A stretch of 63,946 nt of DNA, counting the filler, from Stramenopiles sp. TOSAG23-3 (taxonomy: Eukaryota): assembly GCA_900128585.1 (NCBI GenBank). It is 11 parts of 11 records of this genome, joined end to end, with 100 filler letters (N's around TTAATTAATTAA, not from the genome) between each part and the next. Parts side by side here need not be neighbours in the genome. Positions count along the whole stretch, not along the records: positions 37,776 to 43,958 come from LT643368.1; positions 44,059 to 50,235 come from LT643369.1; positions 50,336 to 56,506 come from LT643370.1; 8 more parts are not named here. The stretch is one strand, 5' to 3'. Positions 42,629 to 53,500 of this stretch are shown piece by piece. A model generated the notes under the pieces. The model made no database searches and was not told the DNA's origin. It saw nothing but the letters and a program-made list of their open reading frames with translations. A program made the translations under genes and the position numbers. Positions within the stretch are counted from its first letter, which is position 1, and every line of letters begins with the position of its first letter.

Positions 42629-43636
42629 TTACTTATTAATGCAATCGTCGATGCGGGATTGTTGGTTCTTTAACATGTTTAATTCACCCTTTAACGCTTG
42701 GTTTTCTTCTTCTAATTCTTTGATTCGCAGGGCCTCCGGGGTTTCTCCCTTCGCGTTGGCCGTGCCCAAACGAGTGGCACCAGAAGAGTTGATTTCTGAT
42801 AACAACGATTTGTAATTTCCTTCCGTCACTTTCAAGGACCCTTTCAATTCCAAAATCGTCCCTAAAATGTTTTCCATATTCTTGATCGGGGATTCACGGA
42901 TCCTTTCCAACTCTAGCTTGAGCTGGTTAATGTCCTCTTCGTACTTTGATTGAAGAATTTTTCGTCTATTCGTAGAAATTGTGGTCAAATTCGATTCTAA
43001 ATTTTGGAGCAAGGTGCCCCTTTCAAAACAAATGAGCTTGTCCTCCCTCGCTATTTCTCGAACTGCAAGACGGTACAACGTTTCTAGAGTTTCCATTGCT
43101 TGATCTGCGTGAACGAACTTTTCTTCGTTTTCTTCCCGGCGCAAACTGCTCAATGATGAAAGGTAGCTTTTAACCATCTCACTCAACCACTTTGAAAGGT
43201 CTGTTACGTCCCTTCTCCCGCTGGGAAGCATGGGAGGGAACACCAGCAGTCGCCAAGCTTTCACTTTCAAGTCGGGAATGTAAGTGTACAAAAATTTCTC
43301 ACGTTCCGCGCGAGTTGGAGGGCGGTCAATATACTTATACTTGTGAAACTCCTTCGGGACGACATCAAGTATACTCTCCCGCAATTTCTGTATTCCGACA
43401 TTCCTCTTTCCGTCTCTAGTTTCTCCCTCTTCTGGATTACTCGGCCCTGGCGAAGATTTCCCATGCTTTGCATTGGACAGTGCTTCCTGTAGCGAGGTTT
43501 CATGCTTCACGATCCATTGCGATGGCATGACTACTTTCCTTTCTGGGTGGTGCGCCGCTGGCTTGTACTGAAGCTGGTTGTACACCGACGCGGGGGGGGG
43601 GCAGATCAATTGAAGCAGGAGTGCTCTCAGGCCCAT
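42629..43636 (-). CDS. Axonemal dynein light-chain (p28/AXDND1-like) domain coiled-coil protein
   Basis: PSGRRDVTDLSKWLSEM...LYRLAVREIARE..LICFERGTLL fits the Ax_dynein_light pattern. Alternative ATG at 43528. Confidence 0.65.
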   Translation of the reverse strand: MGLRALLLQLICPPPASVYNQLQYKPAAHHPERKVVMPSQWIVKHETSLQEALSNAKHGKSSPGPSNPEEGETRDGKRNVGIQKLRESILDVVPKEFHKYKYIDRPPTRAEREKFLYTYIPDLKVKAWRLLVFPPMLPSGRRDVTDLSKWLSEMVKSYLSSLSSLRREENEEKFVHADQAMETLETLYRLAVREIAREDKLICFERGTLLQNLESNLTTISTNRRKILQSKYEEDINQLKLELERIRESPIKNMENILGTILELKGSLKVTEGNYKSLLSEINSSGATRLGTANAKGETPEALRIKELEEENQALKGELNMLKNQQSRIDDCINK

Positions 43637-44103
43637 CGGTCTCACCCCCCTCTACCAAATCACTCTTTTTCCTTCGCCCATTACGGCTGTACCGTCTCGA
43701 CAATTTTTTTATCGACACGGGCTGAACAGCTTTATGGAACATTTCCATTTTTTTCTACAAAAAAAGTGGTCTAGGAAGTTCAAACTATCGAGCCTCAAAA
43801 GTAAATATGTATACTTCAATGCGTGAAGCATCTTTGTATGATAAAACATTCCAAAGTCAATCATCAGGAGTTCGTATATTATATATTATTATTTTTATTT
43901 TAAAAAAATATATTTTTTATACTCTTCTTCTCTCTTTCTTCTCTTGTCGTCTCTAATANNNNNNNNNNNNNNNNNNNNNNNNNNNNNNNNNNNNNNNNNN
44001 NNTTAATTAATTAANNNNNNNNNNNNNNNNNNNNNNNNNNNNNNNNNNNNNNNNNNNNCTTTCTTTCTTTCTTTCTTTCGACTCTTTCTTTCTTTCTTTC
44101 GAC

Positions 44104-44135
<32 letters not shown>

Positions 44136-44458
44136 TCGACTCTTTTCTTTCTTTCCTTTTTCCTTTTAATACTATATATAGTAACGAAGGAAGGAAGGTA
44201 GTCGACACAAACTAACCATCTCATCATCTTCTCCTATCCTCCTCCTCCTACTACTTATAATAAATATAATAATATCTCATCAATAAAAAATCAACCAACT
44301 ATTTAATTTCACCTTTCTCATCAATTTGCTTAATAAGAGAGATAGATGGTGTGTATGTAAAGTGGTGTCCTTTGTCTCCTTTTTCATGTTGTTTTTCTTC
44401 TCGTTGGTGTGTATATATATACTTGTGTGTGGGTTTGTCGGTTTCGTACTACAACGCC

Positions 44459-46878
44459 ATGCCAGACTTTGAGTATTTGGGGCTGTGCCCAGAGCTTTTG
44501 AGATCGTGCGAAGAACAACGTTGGAACTTGCCGACTCCAGTGCAGGACGAGGCGATTCCGCTTATATTAGGTGGTGGGGATGTTATGGTTGCGGCAGAAA
44601 CGGGGAGTGGCAAGACCGCCGCATTTGCCCTTNNNNNNNNNNNNNNNNNNNNNTCTTGCAAGTGACGTACGAAACCATGGTGGCACGGAGGTCGTCGTCA
44701 AAATCTGCCCCCCAAGCCAAGAAGGCGGCGGCGGCAGCGGCGGCGGCGCCCCCCGCGCGAAAGATAAAATTGAACGTCGACGACCGCGACCCGCTCTTCG
44801 CAATCGACCCCTCCGGCCTGGTCTGCCAGAGCCGCCACGAGAAGAATTGGAACGGCTGCCGTGCCACGGTGGGGACCACGGGCGGAAAGGTTTACTTCGA
44901 GGCGCGGTGCGAAGACGAGGGGATATGCCGGGTTGGGTGGTCCACCCTGGCTGGAAAGTTTAACTTGGGAACCTGCAAAAACGGCTGGGGGTTCGGGGGA
45001 ACGGGCATGAAATCGAACGGGAGAAAGTTTGAAAAGTACGGCGTCGCGTACACAAAGGGGGACGTGGTCGGGGTGTTCTTAGACTTGGAGTCGAAAAACA
45101 ATCGCACGGTGTCGTTCTCGGTGAACGGGAAGAAGCACGGCGTTGCGTACAAATTGACCAACCCAAAGTTGACGGGGCCGTTCTTCCCGGCGTGCGTGCT
45201 GAAAAATGCTGAAATGACCTTTAACTTTGGGGCTACACGCTTTGCTTTTCCACCCGACGCAAAGTCGGGGTATGTTGGTCTGATGCAAAACGGCGCCTCA
45301 GGCCTGGTTTCGAACGAAGCCGACGGGGGCAGCGGGGGGAACGGTGGGAATGGCGGGGGCGACCTCAAAGACAACGGGAACAATGGTCCCATGGCGCTGG
45401 TCATTGAGCCGACGCGAGACCTGGCCGAGCAGACACACAAGGCGTTCGTAAAGTGCAGCAAATTCTTTCGCCAGCCGACGCTGAACTCATGCCTGATCTG
45501 CGGCGGTTCGAATGCGAGCAAGCAGATCCAGGCATTGCGCTCCAACAACGTGAACATCGTGACAGGCACCCCGGGTCGCGTAGCGGACATGGTGAAGAGC
45601 GGGAAGTTGAAACTGCACGACATACGGTTCTTCGTCATGGACGAAGCGGACCAGATTTGTGGCGATAAGGAAGGCCTTGAGACTATTATGAAAATATTTT
45701 CAAAGCTTCCGAAAAAGACGGCGGAAGGCACAAGGCTTCAGGTTTCATTTTTTAGCGCAACGCTCCACGGCAAAGACATCAAACGTTTGAGCGAGCAGCT
45801 GTGCTTCCAGCCTACATGGGTGGACCTGAAAGGAGAAGATTCCGTGCCGGAGACGGTCCACCACTTTGCCCTCGACGTGGCCCCCGGGTCGTTCCTTGGG
45901 CGCGGAAAAGGGGGCGGCAAGAAGAAGAAGAAGGGAATCCAGGGCAAGGGTGGAGAGGAAGAAAAGTTCACAGACGGGGTGCACGCCAAAGACAATGCCG
46001 GGAAGGTCCCTGGGAACTCCAACGAGTCGAAAAGCGAGCACATTAAGCGCGCAAAGTACCGGGCGCTGCGGCATTTGATCGACAACCTTAAAATGGACCA
46101 GTGCTTGATATTTTGCCGCACGAACGTAGACTGCGACAATTTGGAAAAGTACTTGATCCAAATAGGCGGCGGGGGGCGGGGGTTCTCCGGAAAGTTCGAG
46201 TCTGGCAAAGAGAACCCGTACAGCTGCGTCGTTGTTGCTGGCTTCCGACAGCAGCAGGAGCGCCGCCAAAACCTCCAGGCATTCAAAGATGGCGACGTCC
46301 GGTTTTTGATTTGCACGGACGTGGCCGCCCGAGGAATCGACATAAACGGTCTCCCTTTCGTCATCAATTTCACCCTTCCCGACAAAACGGAGAACTACAT
46401 CCACCGGATCGGGCGGGTCGGCCGCGCTGGAAAGCTCGGGCTTGCCATATCGCTGGTCGGAACCATGAAGGAGAAAGTATGGTACCATGCAAATTGCAAA
46501 AATCGAGGTCGCGGGTGCACCAACACAAATTTGGTATCCAAGCGGGGGTGCTGCATTTGGTACGACGAGCCCACCCTGTTCAAGGACGTAGAAAAACGGG
46601 TAGGGCACAAAATTGAACGGGAGCTGCCAAAGTTGAACCTGGAACAGTACGGGGAAGAGAAGAAAGAGACTGCTGGGAAACGAAGCGAGCACATAGAGAG
46701 GATTCGCCCGGCCGTTCAGGAACTGGACCAGATTGCAAAATCTGCACAGATTCAGTGGCTCCAGATGGGCGCCCTGTTCGACGGGATTGCACTAAAACAT
46801 AATAAGCAGAAGAAGCCAAAGGTCACCCCTCAAAAGCGAAAAAAACCTCACAGCAATGCTAGGAAGGGCAAACATTAG
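44459..46878 (+). CDS. DDX1: DEAD-box RNA helicase DDX1 with SPRY insertion
   Basis: PTPVQDEAIPLILGGGDVMVAAETGSGKT; SPRY (WNGCRAT, CRVGWST); PTRDLAEQT, DEAD, SAT, TDVAARGID, HRIGRVGRA, GCCIWYDE. The frame break coincides with the N gap at 44633-44653. Confidence 0.95.
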
Positions 46879-47015
46879 AGAGAGTTGAATATTTACGGTG
46901 TTCCATTAAACTGAAGGAAGTAAAACGCCAATGTACAAAAACAAACCTGCGTTGCAAATTTTCTTATTGATTACCTTTTTAATCCCATAAAATACTTCTC
47001 GTAACAAAGTAAAAA

Positions 47016-47070
47016 TAAATAACAGCCAATTTTTCTTGTTCTTAAATAACAGCCAATTTTCTTGTTGTAA
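47016..47070 (-). repeat. Dispersed non-coding element, two tandem copies
   Basis: taaataacagccaatttttcttgtt and taaataacagccaattttcttgtt, the reverse complement of the element core. Confidence 0.8.
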
Positions 47071-47187
47071 ATCATATCTTATGATATGAATTGGATATTA
47101 CACCACAGAAATAAATTAAAGCACGCAGACCATTTTCACATGTAAAGCTTACCTGCATTGTTCCAGATGCAAAAATGTTTCCTCACT

Positions 47188-48042
47188 TTACTCTTCTTTG
47201 GCCTTTGACGCCCCCTTTCCACAAAGAAACAATGTACAACTAAAAAACAAAATGCCCCCAGCAAAGAGTGGGTGAATGATGGGCACGGACAATGACGCAC
47301 GGATGACGTCCGCTTCATAGTAATATTCACTGCTGAGGAAGTGCACACCAAGAGCAAATGCCAAATGATGCAACCCCACGGCCATGTACACGGCGCGCGA
47401 CGCGCGGGACAATGCAATGTACATTTGGTACCCTCCCATGACAAACGACATGAAGCCGACAGAACGTACGCCCATGTGCACGGGCCCAACGCTGTCCTCT
47501 AATCGTTTGAACGACATGGCCCACTTTGGCTGGTCCCTTAACATTGCAACTGGTTCAGAAAGGAGCAGGTAGCCGGAGTACGACTCCACAAAGCCGGCAA
47601 TAAAAATACTTGCGCGGCACGCATTTGCAAGGACGGAGTTTTGTTCTACAGGCCGACTAATCCCATTGGGAGATTTTGATATTGTATACGCGGTCCAAGC
47701 GCCGAAGGATACGTCTTGGATGATACCAACCAAAACGGACGTTGGCGCACCGTGGGAAAGTATGACCCAGCACATGAAGGGCACCACCATCGACCGCCCC
47801 ACCACGGTCATGAACATTAACTTTTTGTCCCCGGCTAACGTAAGGGCAGAGTATATTGTCATCAGACCGACCTCTTTGATGCCAATCAAACGAAACGTTG
47901 CAAACGCGGGGGCTTTGTCCATGTCACCGGCCGCTGCCGAGTACACGGAAGGGTAGAACACAAAGAGTAGCAGCTGCACAATGGTGAAGGCGATGAACGC
48001 CCACATTGTCCTGGCCGGCGAAGACTCCGATATGAATTTCAT
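47188..48042 (-). CDS. Hypothetical polytopic membrane protein, probably a duplicated 4-TM module
   Basis: About 8 hydrophobic segments; both halves carry ...P...R.(I/V)G......Y.AL. ATG at 48042. Confidence 0.7.
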   Translation of the reverse strand: MKFISESSPARTMWAFIAFTIVQLLLFVFYPSVYSAAAGDMDKAPAFATFRLIGIKEVGLMTIYSALTLAGDKKLMFMTVVGRSMVVPFMCWVILSHGAPTSVLVGIIQDVSFGAWTAYTISKSPNGISRPVEQNSVLANACRASIFIAGFVESYSGYLLLSEPVAMLRDQPKWAMSFKRLEDSVGPVHMGVRSVGFMSFVMGGYQMYIALSRASRAVYMAVGLHHLAFALGVHFLSSEYYYEADVIRASLSVPIIHPLFAGGILFFSCTLFLCGKGASKAKEE

Positions 48043-48761
48043 GGAGGATGGCTGTCGCTTAAAATTATCAAATGGCACGAAAACAGCAGAAGACTGTATC
48101 AAAAATACACAATATTCGTTTTCAATCTCAATGGAAATGAAATTAATTCGTAAAACAACAATAGAAAAATTTCTTGTTACCATTTACCCGTTTTTTGTTT
48201 TGTTGAATTTGAATTTGAAATCAAACAAAGAAGAAGGTCCTCCGTCGTCCGTCCGTCGTCATCAAACAAAAATAAAAATAGGGATCCATCAGCTATAATA
48301 GGAAGTATCTTAAATTAATTATCTTAATTGCTTATGCTGTGTGTATGCTAAATATTTTCAGACGACGCGAAGAAGAAGAAATAGAATACTACGTTCACTA
48401 CACAGCATAAAAATAATAATAATTGAAACCGCCACAGACGAATAGAGTTTCATCACCATCAAGAAGAAGAAAGAAGAATTCGAAGAAGAAAAAGAAACAC
48501 CACCATTTCACCATTTATTATTGTAATTTTTTTTTACGACGAGAGCAAACAACTCCAAATCACAAAGAGAGAAAGACCGGATTGTTTTTGTTGTTGTCAT
48601 ACTCTATACGAATCGAAAAGATAGGAAGAAGAGGAAGGAAAACGGGAAATTTTGATTGTTGATTGTCGAGGGATTGTTTAGCCCGGTGAGACAGTTCAAA
48701 AAAGGAAAGAATAGTTTTCTGCTATCGACCATTTTCTTGTTCGTGCGTTGTGAAGTTTTCG

Positions 48762-49349
48762 ATGGGTCGCTGCGCCTTTTGTTCCTTTGTTGGTTTGGTG
48801 GTAATCCACGCCCTTGTTAGTCAGGGCGGTGGGGTCGTTTCTGGTTCTTCGCTGCACTTGGCGGAATTATGCAGAGGTCATCGATGCAGCACAGCGGGTC
48901 ACCCAATTTTGGACTATAGCGAAAAAGAGGGGTGCCACTGCACTGCTCACCCGTGTTGGCACGACGACGGGGAGTCTCACCACTGCGATAATAGCCCAGA
49001 CCACCCATTCTTGATGTTCAGCTACTCTACCGACGGTAAACTGGAATGCTCATGTTCAAAGCACCCCCATTACGACTCGACGTACATAGCCAAAACCAAG
49101 TGCCCGGGTCAATTTTGCGACGACAAAGAGAAGACGCCAATCATGGACTGGGATGAAAAACAGCAAAAATGCATTTGCCGATCCCACCCTTGCTGGAACC
49201 TGGATGGTCAAAAACATGAATGCAAGGATCCAAAACACCCAATCCTGTACTATGCTGAAGACGCACCTTCGGAAGAGAATGGGTTCAAAGCAGTTCCTCG
49301 GTGTACCTGCATTTCTAAATTTTCGAACGATGCAAAGGAAGAACTCTAA
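48762..49349 (+). CDS. Cys/His-rich repeat protein with signal peptide and KEEL ER-retention-like end
   Basis: Signal peptide; four C..C..(H)P.L..CxC..HP modules; ends KEEL. Confidence 0.8.
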   Translation: MGRCAFCSFVGLVVIHALVSQGGGVVSGSSLHLAELCRGHRCSTAGHPILDYSEKEGCHCTAHPCWHDDGESHHCDNSPDHPFLMFSYSTDGKLECSCSKHPHYDSTYIAKTKCPGQFCDDKEKTPIMDWDEKQQKCICRSHPCWNLDGQKHECKDPKHPILYYAEDAPSEENGFKAVPRCTCISKFSNDAKEEL

Positions 49350-49997
49350 AACCGGAAAGAAATGGGAAACTGATCGAGATACTATAATTTAAATGCGGTA
49401 GTATTAGTCAGTCTAGCTATTATTTATTTACCTTCCATCTTCCATCGATCCTTCTTTAAAAAAATTCATTTTAGTTATGCTGTGTCTATATAATATTGAC
49501 TATACTATGTACCTGGATACCGTTTGTATCTCAAATAATAAAACGATTTTTACTGGAAATATGATAAATATCATAGTCTAAATGATGTAATAAGTAGTTA
49601 TTATATAGGTACGTAGGTTAGTAAAAAAATGAAGAAGAAACAAAAGAGACGTTACCGTTCGTTCCATATACAACCATATGTATTAATTAATATAGAAATA
49701 CAATAAGGGTAAAAATTTATTATATAAAATATGAGAACATCGTTACGGTATCCTGGTATCGTACCTCCCATCAACCAACCGGTATTCTCACAGCAAGAAA
49801 GTGATGAGTACGTAATCGTTAATTATACTGAAGGTAGTAAGTAGTTTTTTGTTTGATTTGGTTGGGAATTGATTGAATGGAATTGGAATTGAAGAGTTTC
49901 AAGCGAATCTTTATATCGTATTTTGTCCCCCCCCCCCCCAACTTACTTTTCGTTGGAAACGGAACGTGATAGAAGACCTTACCACTACTAGTAAACC

Positions 49998-50235
49998 ATG
50001 CCTCGCAGGTCAAAGCCGAAGCTTACGAGGTATAGGCGACCCCATCCTTCTTCGTCCTCCTGGTCTTCAGACTCTTCGGGCGATGGGTCAGCGCATGCCA
50101 GCACAAGCGCGAGTAGAACTCCTCCTCGTCCCTCAAGGAGACATCGGAGGGAAGATAGTGATGATGACTCGGATGCTGATCGGGAAGAATTCAAACGCGG
50201 AGACGAAGTAGAAGCGAAAGTGGCGGGATGGACCA
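49998..50235 (+). CDS. N-terminal fragment of a probable Tudor-domain protein (3' truncated)
   Basis: Ser/Arg-rich start, then FKRGDEVEAKVAGWT (Tudor-like first strands) at the contig end. Confidence 0.5.
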
Positions 50236-50531
50236 NNNNNNNNNNNNNNNNNNNNNNNNNNNNNNNNNNNNNNNNNNNNTTAATTAATTAANNNNNNNNN
50301 NNNNNNNNNNNNNNNNNNNNNNNNNNNNNNNNNNNCATATGTTTTTAGATATTTATGACAGGTTTGATATTTTAATTACAGACAGAGAGAAAAGAATCCA
50401 TTCTGTACCTGGGTAATACCAATACATCCATTCAGTCGAATTGAGTTTGTAGTAGTCGTTTATTTTCAGGCCTACTGGGAAAGCGTTGATAGTGCAAAAG
50501 AAGCGCGCAGCGCCCATCCTCGACAGGCGGG

Positions 50532-53500
50532 ATGAGGAGCAGTCGTTTGTCCTCCAGGGGCGTTGGAAGGCATACACCTTCCTCGCGGGCTTCTGTGGCA
50601 AGTAGAACTAGCGTGAGTGGGCGCGTCGCTTCTAAAACAACCCGGGTCAAATCGAGCGTTCGGGGCTCTACAAAGGTCGGGAAGAAGCGGCTTTCAGCTA
50701 CCTCCCCACCGACCGAAGGGAAATTATTAACCGTCGAGACGGTCAAGACGGTTGCAAGCAAACCGTATGACAAGCTAGCCCCACCAGCATTCATTGGACA
50801 GGTTTGGGAGTCTCTGCTGAAGGACCAGCATTCCAATGTCCAGAATAGAACTGAACGCATTACTGCCACGCGAGCGGTGTTGAGGCTCCACCCTCTGGTT
50901 AACGAGAAGAACCCTAAATCGGAAATCAACGTAGATAGGACTGAGGGTTTCGTCGCCGTTACCCACCCCTTAACGAAGGAAAAGGGAAAGAAGTACAAAT
51001 TTGACCACGTTTTTTCGCCCGCGGCTACCCTGGGGGTGCAGGCTGGCGGAAACAACCGAGCGCTTAGGACAGAAGGGGCAAATAATTCACAGGAGAACGT
51101 ATTCGAGGAACTTGGGCCGCACTTTCTGGCAAACGTTTGGCGGGGGTACGATGCGAAGGTTGTCTTAATCGGTGACAAAGGGTCCGGTAAGTCACACACT
51201 TTGTTTGGCCCAACACTGACAAATCCAAGCAAAGCTGGGCTTCTTCCAAGATTCGGAGCCAGTTTATTTTCGCTAATTTACAAAGATATGTCGAGCGGGG
51301 GAGGTGGTAGGAAAAACCGGTGGTGCGTAAATTTGTCTGCGTACATGATTCGCAACGAAGAGATTGTAGACCTGCTCACGCCTGCCTCCCTTGGCACCCA
51401 CAGGCCAGACGATACGAACCCAGAAAATGAGGACAAAATTGGAGCAAACAGTGCTCCACCACGGGTGATTTTTTCTGAGGAACTAAGAGAAAGCCAGGTT
51501 GTTGGGGTAGACATTAAATGTTTGGAGGATTATGCCGATATGGTGAGCGCCCTTGAAACGATAGAGGTCCAACGGACGTTGTATGCTTCAGAAAATGTTC
51601 GCAATGGAAATATCTTTGTTGAATTTAGGATTCACAGGCAAGGCTCGCCGTTTCCTGCAGAAGTAGAATCTGGGGCGCTCGGTGCGATCGAAGCAGAGAC
51701 TTGCTCAACCGTCACGTTTGTAGAATTAACAGCGTCTGGAAAGCCTATGTCCCATTTGTCAACGAACTCAATCATTAATTTTATGGGTGGCGCAGCAAAA
51801 GATAAGTTTGAGGACATGGCAGAAAAGACTTTACGGAAATGTAGCAGGTTGATAAACAACCATGAGCCTCTTGCGTTGGATGCAAGTTTTCAAGAGCAGC
51901 AAGAAACGGCCGAAGAATTTCCACTGGGGGAAAGTCAGAGCACAGAACTGCTGCGCTCTATATTTTCGGGGGAGTCCGAGCTGACGGTCGTAGCATGCGT
52001 TTATCCCGTGCAAATTAAGCACCAAGCGACTATGAAGAGAATCAAACTTGCCTCGAAATTGCAAAAAATAATATGTTTTCCCGATAGAGCCAGCACTGAA
52101 AAACGGCTGTCCGTTCGCAGATTGCGAGATGAACTAGAAGTTTTGAAGGCAACGGTGGGCGAAAGCAATGGGTATAATAGCAAGCACGCCAGCAGTGGTA
52201 ATTCAAGAATCGGGGACATCTCAAGCCTAATGAAAATGAAATGCGTAATTTGGGAAAATATTGAGGACCACCTGTGTGTGCAGCTTGAAAAAGACGCGGG
52301 GAGCGATGTCGAGGGACCATCGGGCGTAAAAAACAGTGCGGTGCCAGGAACCGATACTGTAAAATCTGTACCGAAGCCTTCGCCAAAGTCTCCAAGAAGT
52401 AAATTATCATTGGCAGAACTCCGGAGAAAAGACATGGAAGTGGAACAAATCGGTAAGGATTTAGAGCGCGCTGCACAGGAAAGGTTTACGAATCACATTT
52501 CTTTCTTGTGCGAAGACGACAACCTCAGTTTTCGAACAGAATTAAGTGTACATCCAGGTCGTACCCGCCTGACCGGGGCGTTTGATTACCATTTTGAAGA
52601 CCTGGGGCGGCAGCTTGTGTTGAGATGTCTGCCAAAATTGGGACCTGCGTGCGAACTGCTGAACTTAGATGGGATCATGACAGTAACTAAACAAAACGAT
52701 TCTGTAACATTGTTTGTGAATGGCACTGAGCTGGCCAAGGACACATCCCGAACACTCGAAGTAGGCGACCGTATTGTCATAGGCACGCAATACTTTTTGT
52801 TTGTCACAAATGTGAGGGGGAAATCGTTTGGTGGCAATCCTGAACAAAGTGGCGCGAAAGGGAAAAAGAGTGTGTCCAGTGGGAGCCCTCGAAAGTCTCC
52901 TGGTAAACCCACTCGTAGATCTCTTAGTCCGGCAGGATCCCGTCGATCTTCCCTTAGCCCCCCGGGATCTCGTCGGTCAACATTAAAAAAGTCCAAGATA
53001 GGAAAGCAAGGTGTGAGTAGTGCCCCACATGCCTCGGCAAATGAGGCTAACGCACTTTACCAATACGCGTTGCGGGAATGGCTAGTAGGGTGTACCCAAG
53101 CGCTGCAAAAGTCCGTACAAAATTCCATCAAGGATTTTGTTCCTCCTTTAGGTAAATATGTTCCATCTTTGCTAATTTATAGCAGCGGGGACGACGATTT
53201 GTTTGCATGCAGTTCGCCCGTCCCCGCCCGAAGCACAGAAGAGGACAAACATGAGCCAAACAAGGCCGGTGGCGCCCAAAAAGCAAAGACTAAGTCGCCG
53301 CGAAGTAGATCTTTGGTCGCAAGAAAAGCCAAATCGCCAGCCACTTCAAGAACCAAGACATCCCCGTCCAAGCCGCTCACTAAAACTAGCACCCAAAAAG
53401 AAGCTGCTAGCTCAACCGATCGAGGTAGCGAGTATGAAGATGGTAATCGCCTAAGAAAGTTTTTGATGCTGATCGAAGAAAGCAATGGTCTTGCAAAAGA

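Noticed and set aside
44633-44653. Frameshift in DDX1
   Set aside because: It coincides with an N gap of estimated length; homology suggests only a few bases are missing.
50432-51232. Long antisense ORFs (also 44892-45731, 45745-46692, 23853-24401, 21503-22132)
   Set aside because: These are shadows of well-supported genes on the opposite strand, with no recognisable motifs.
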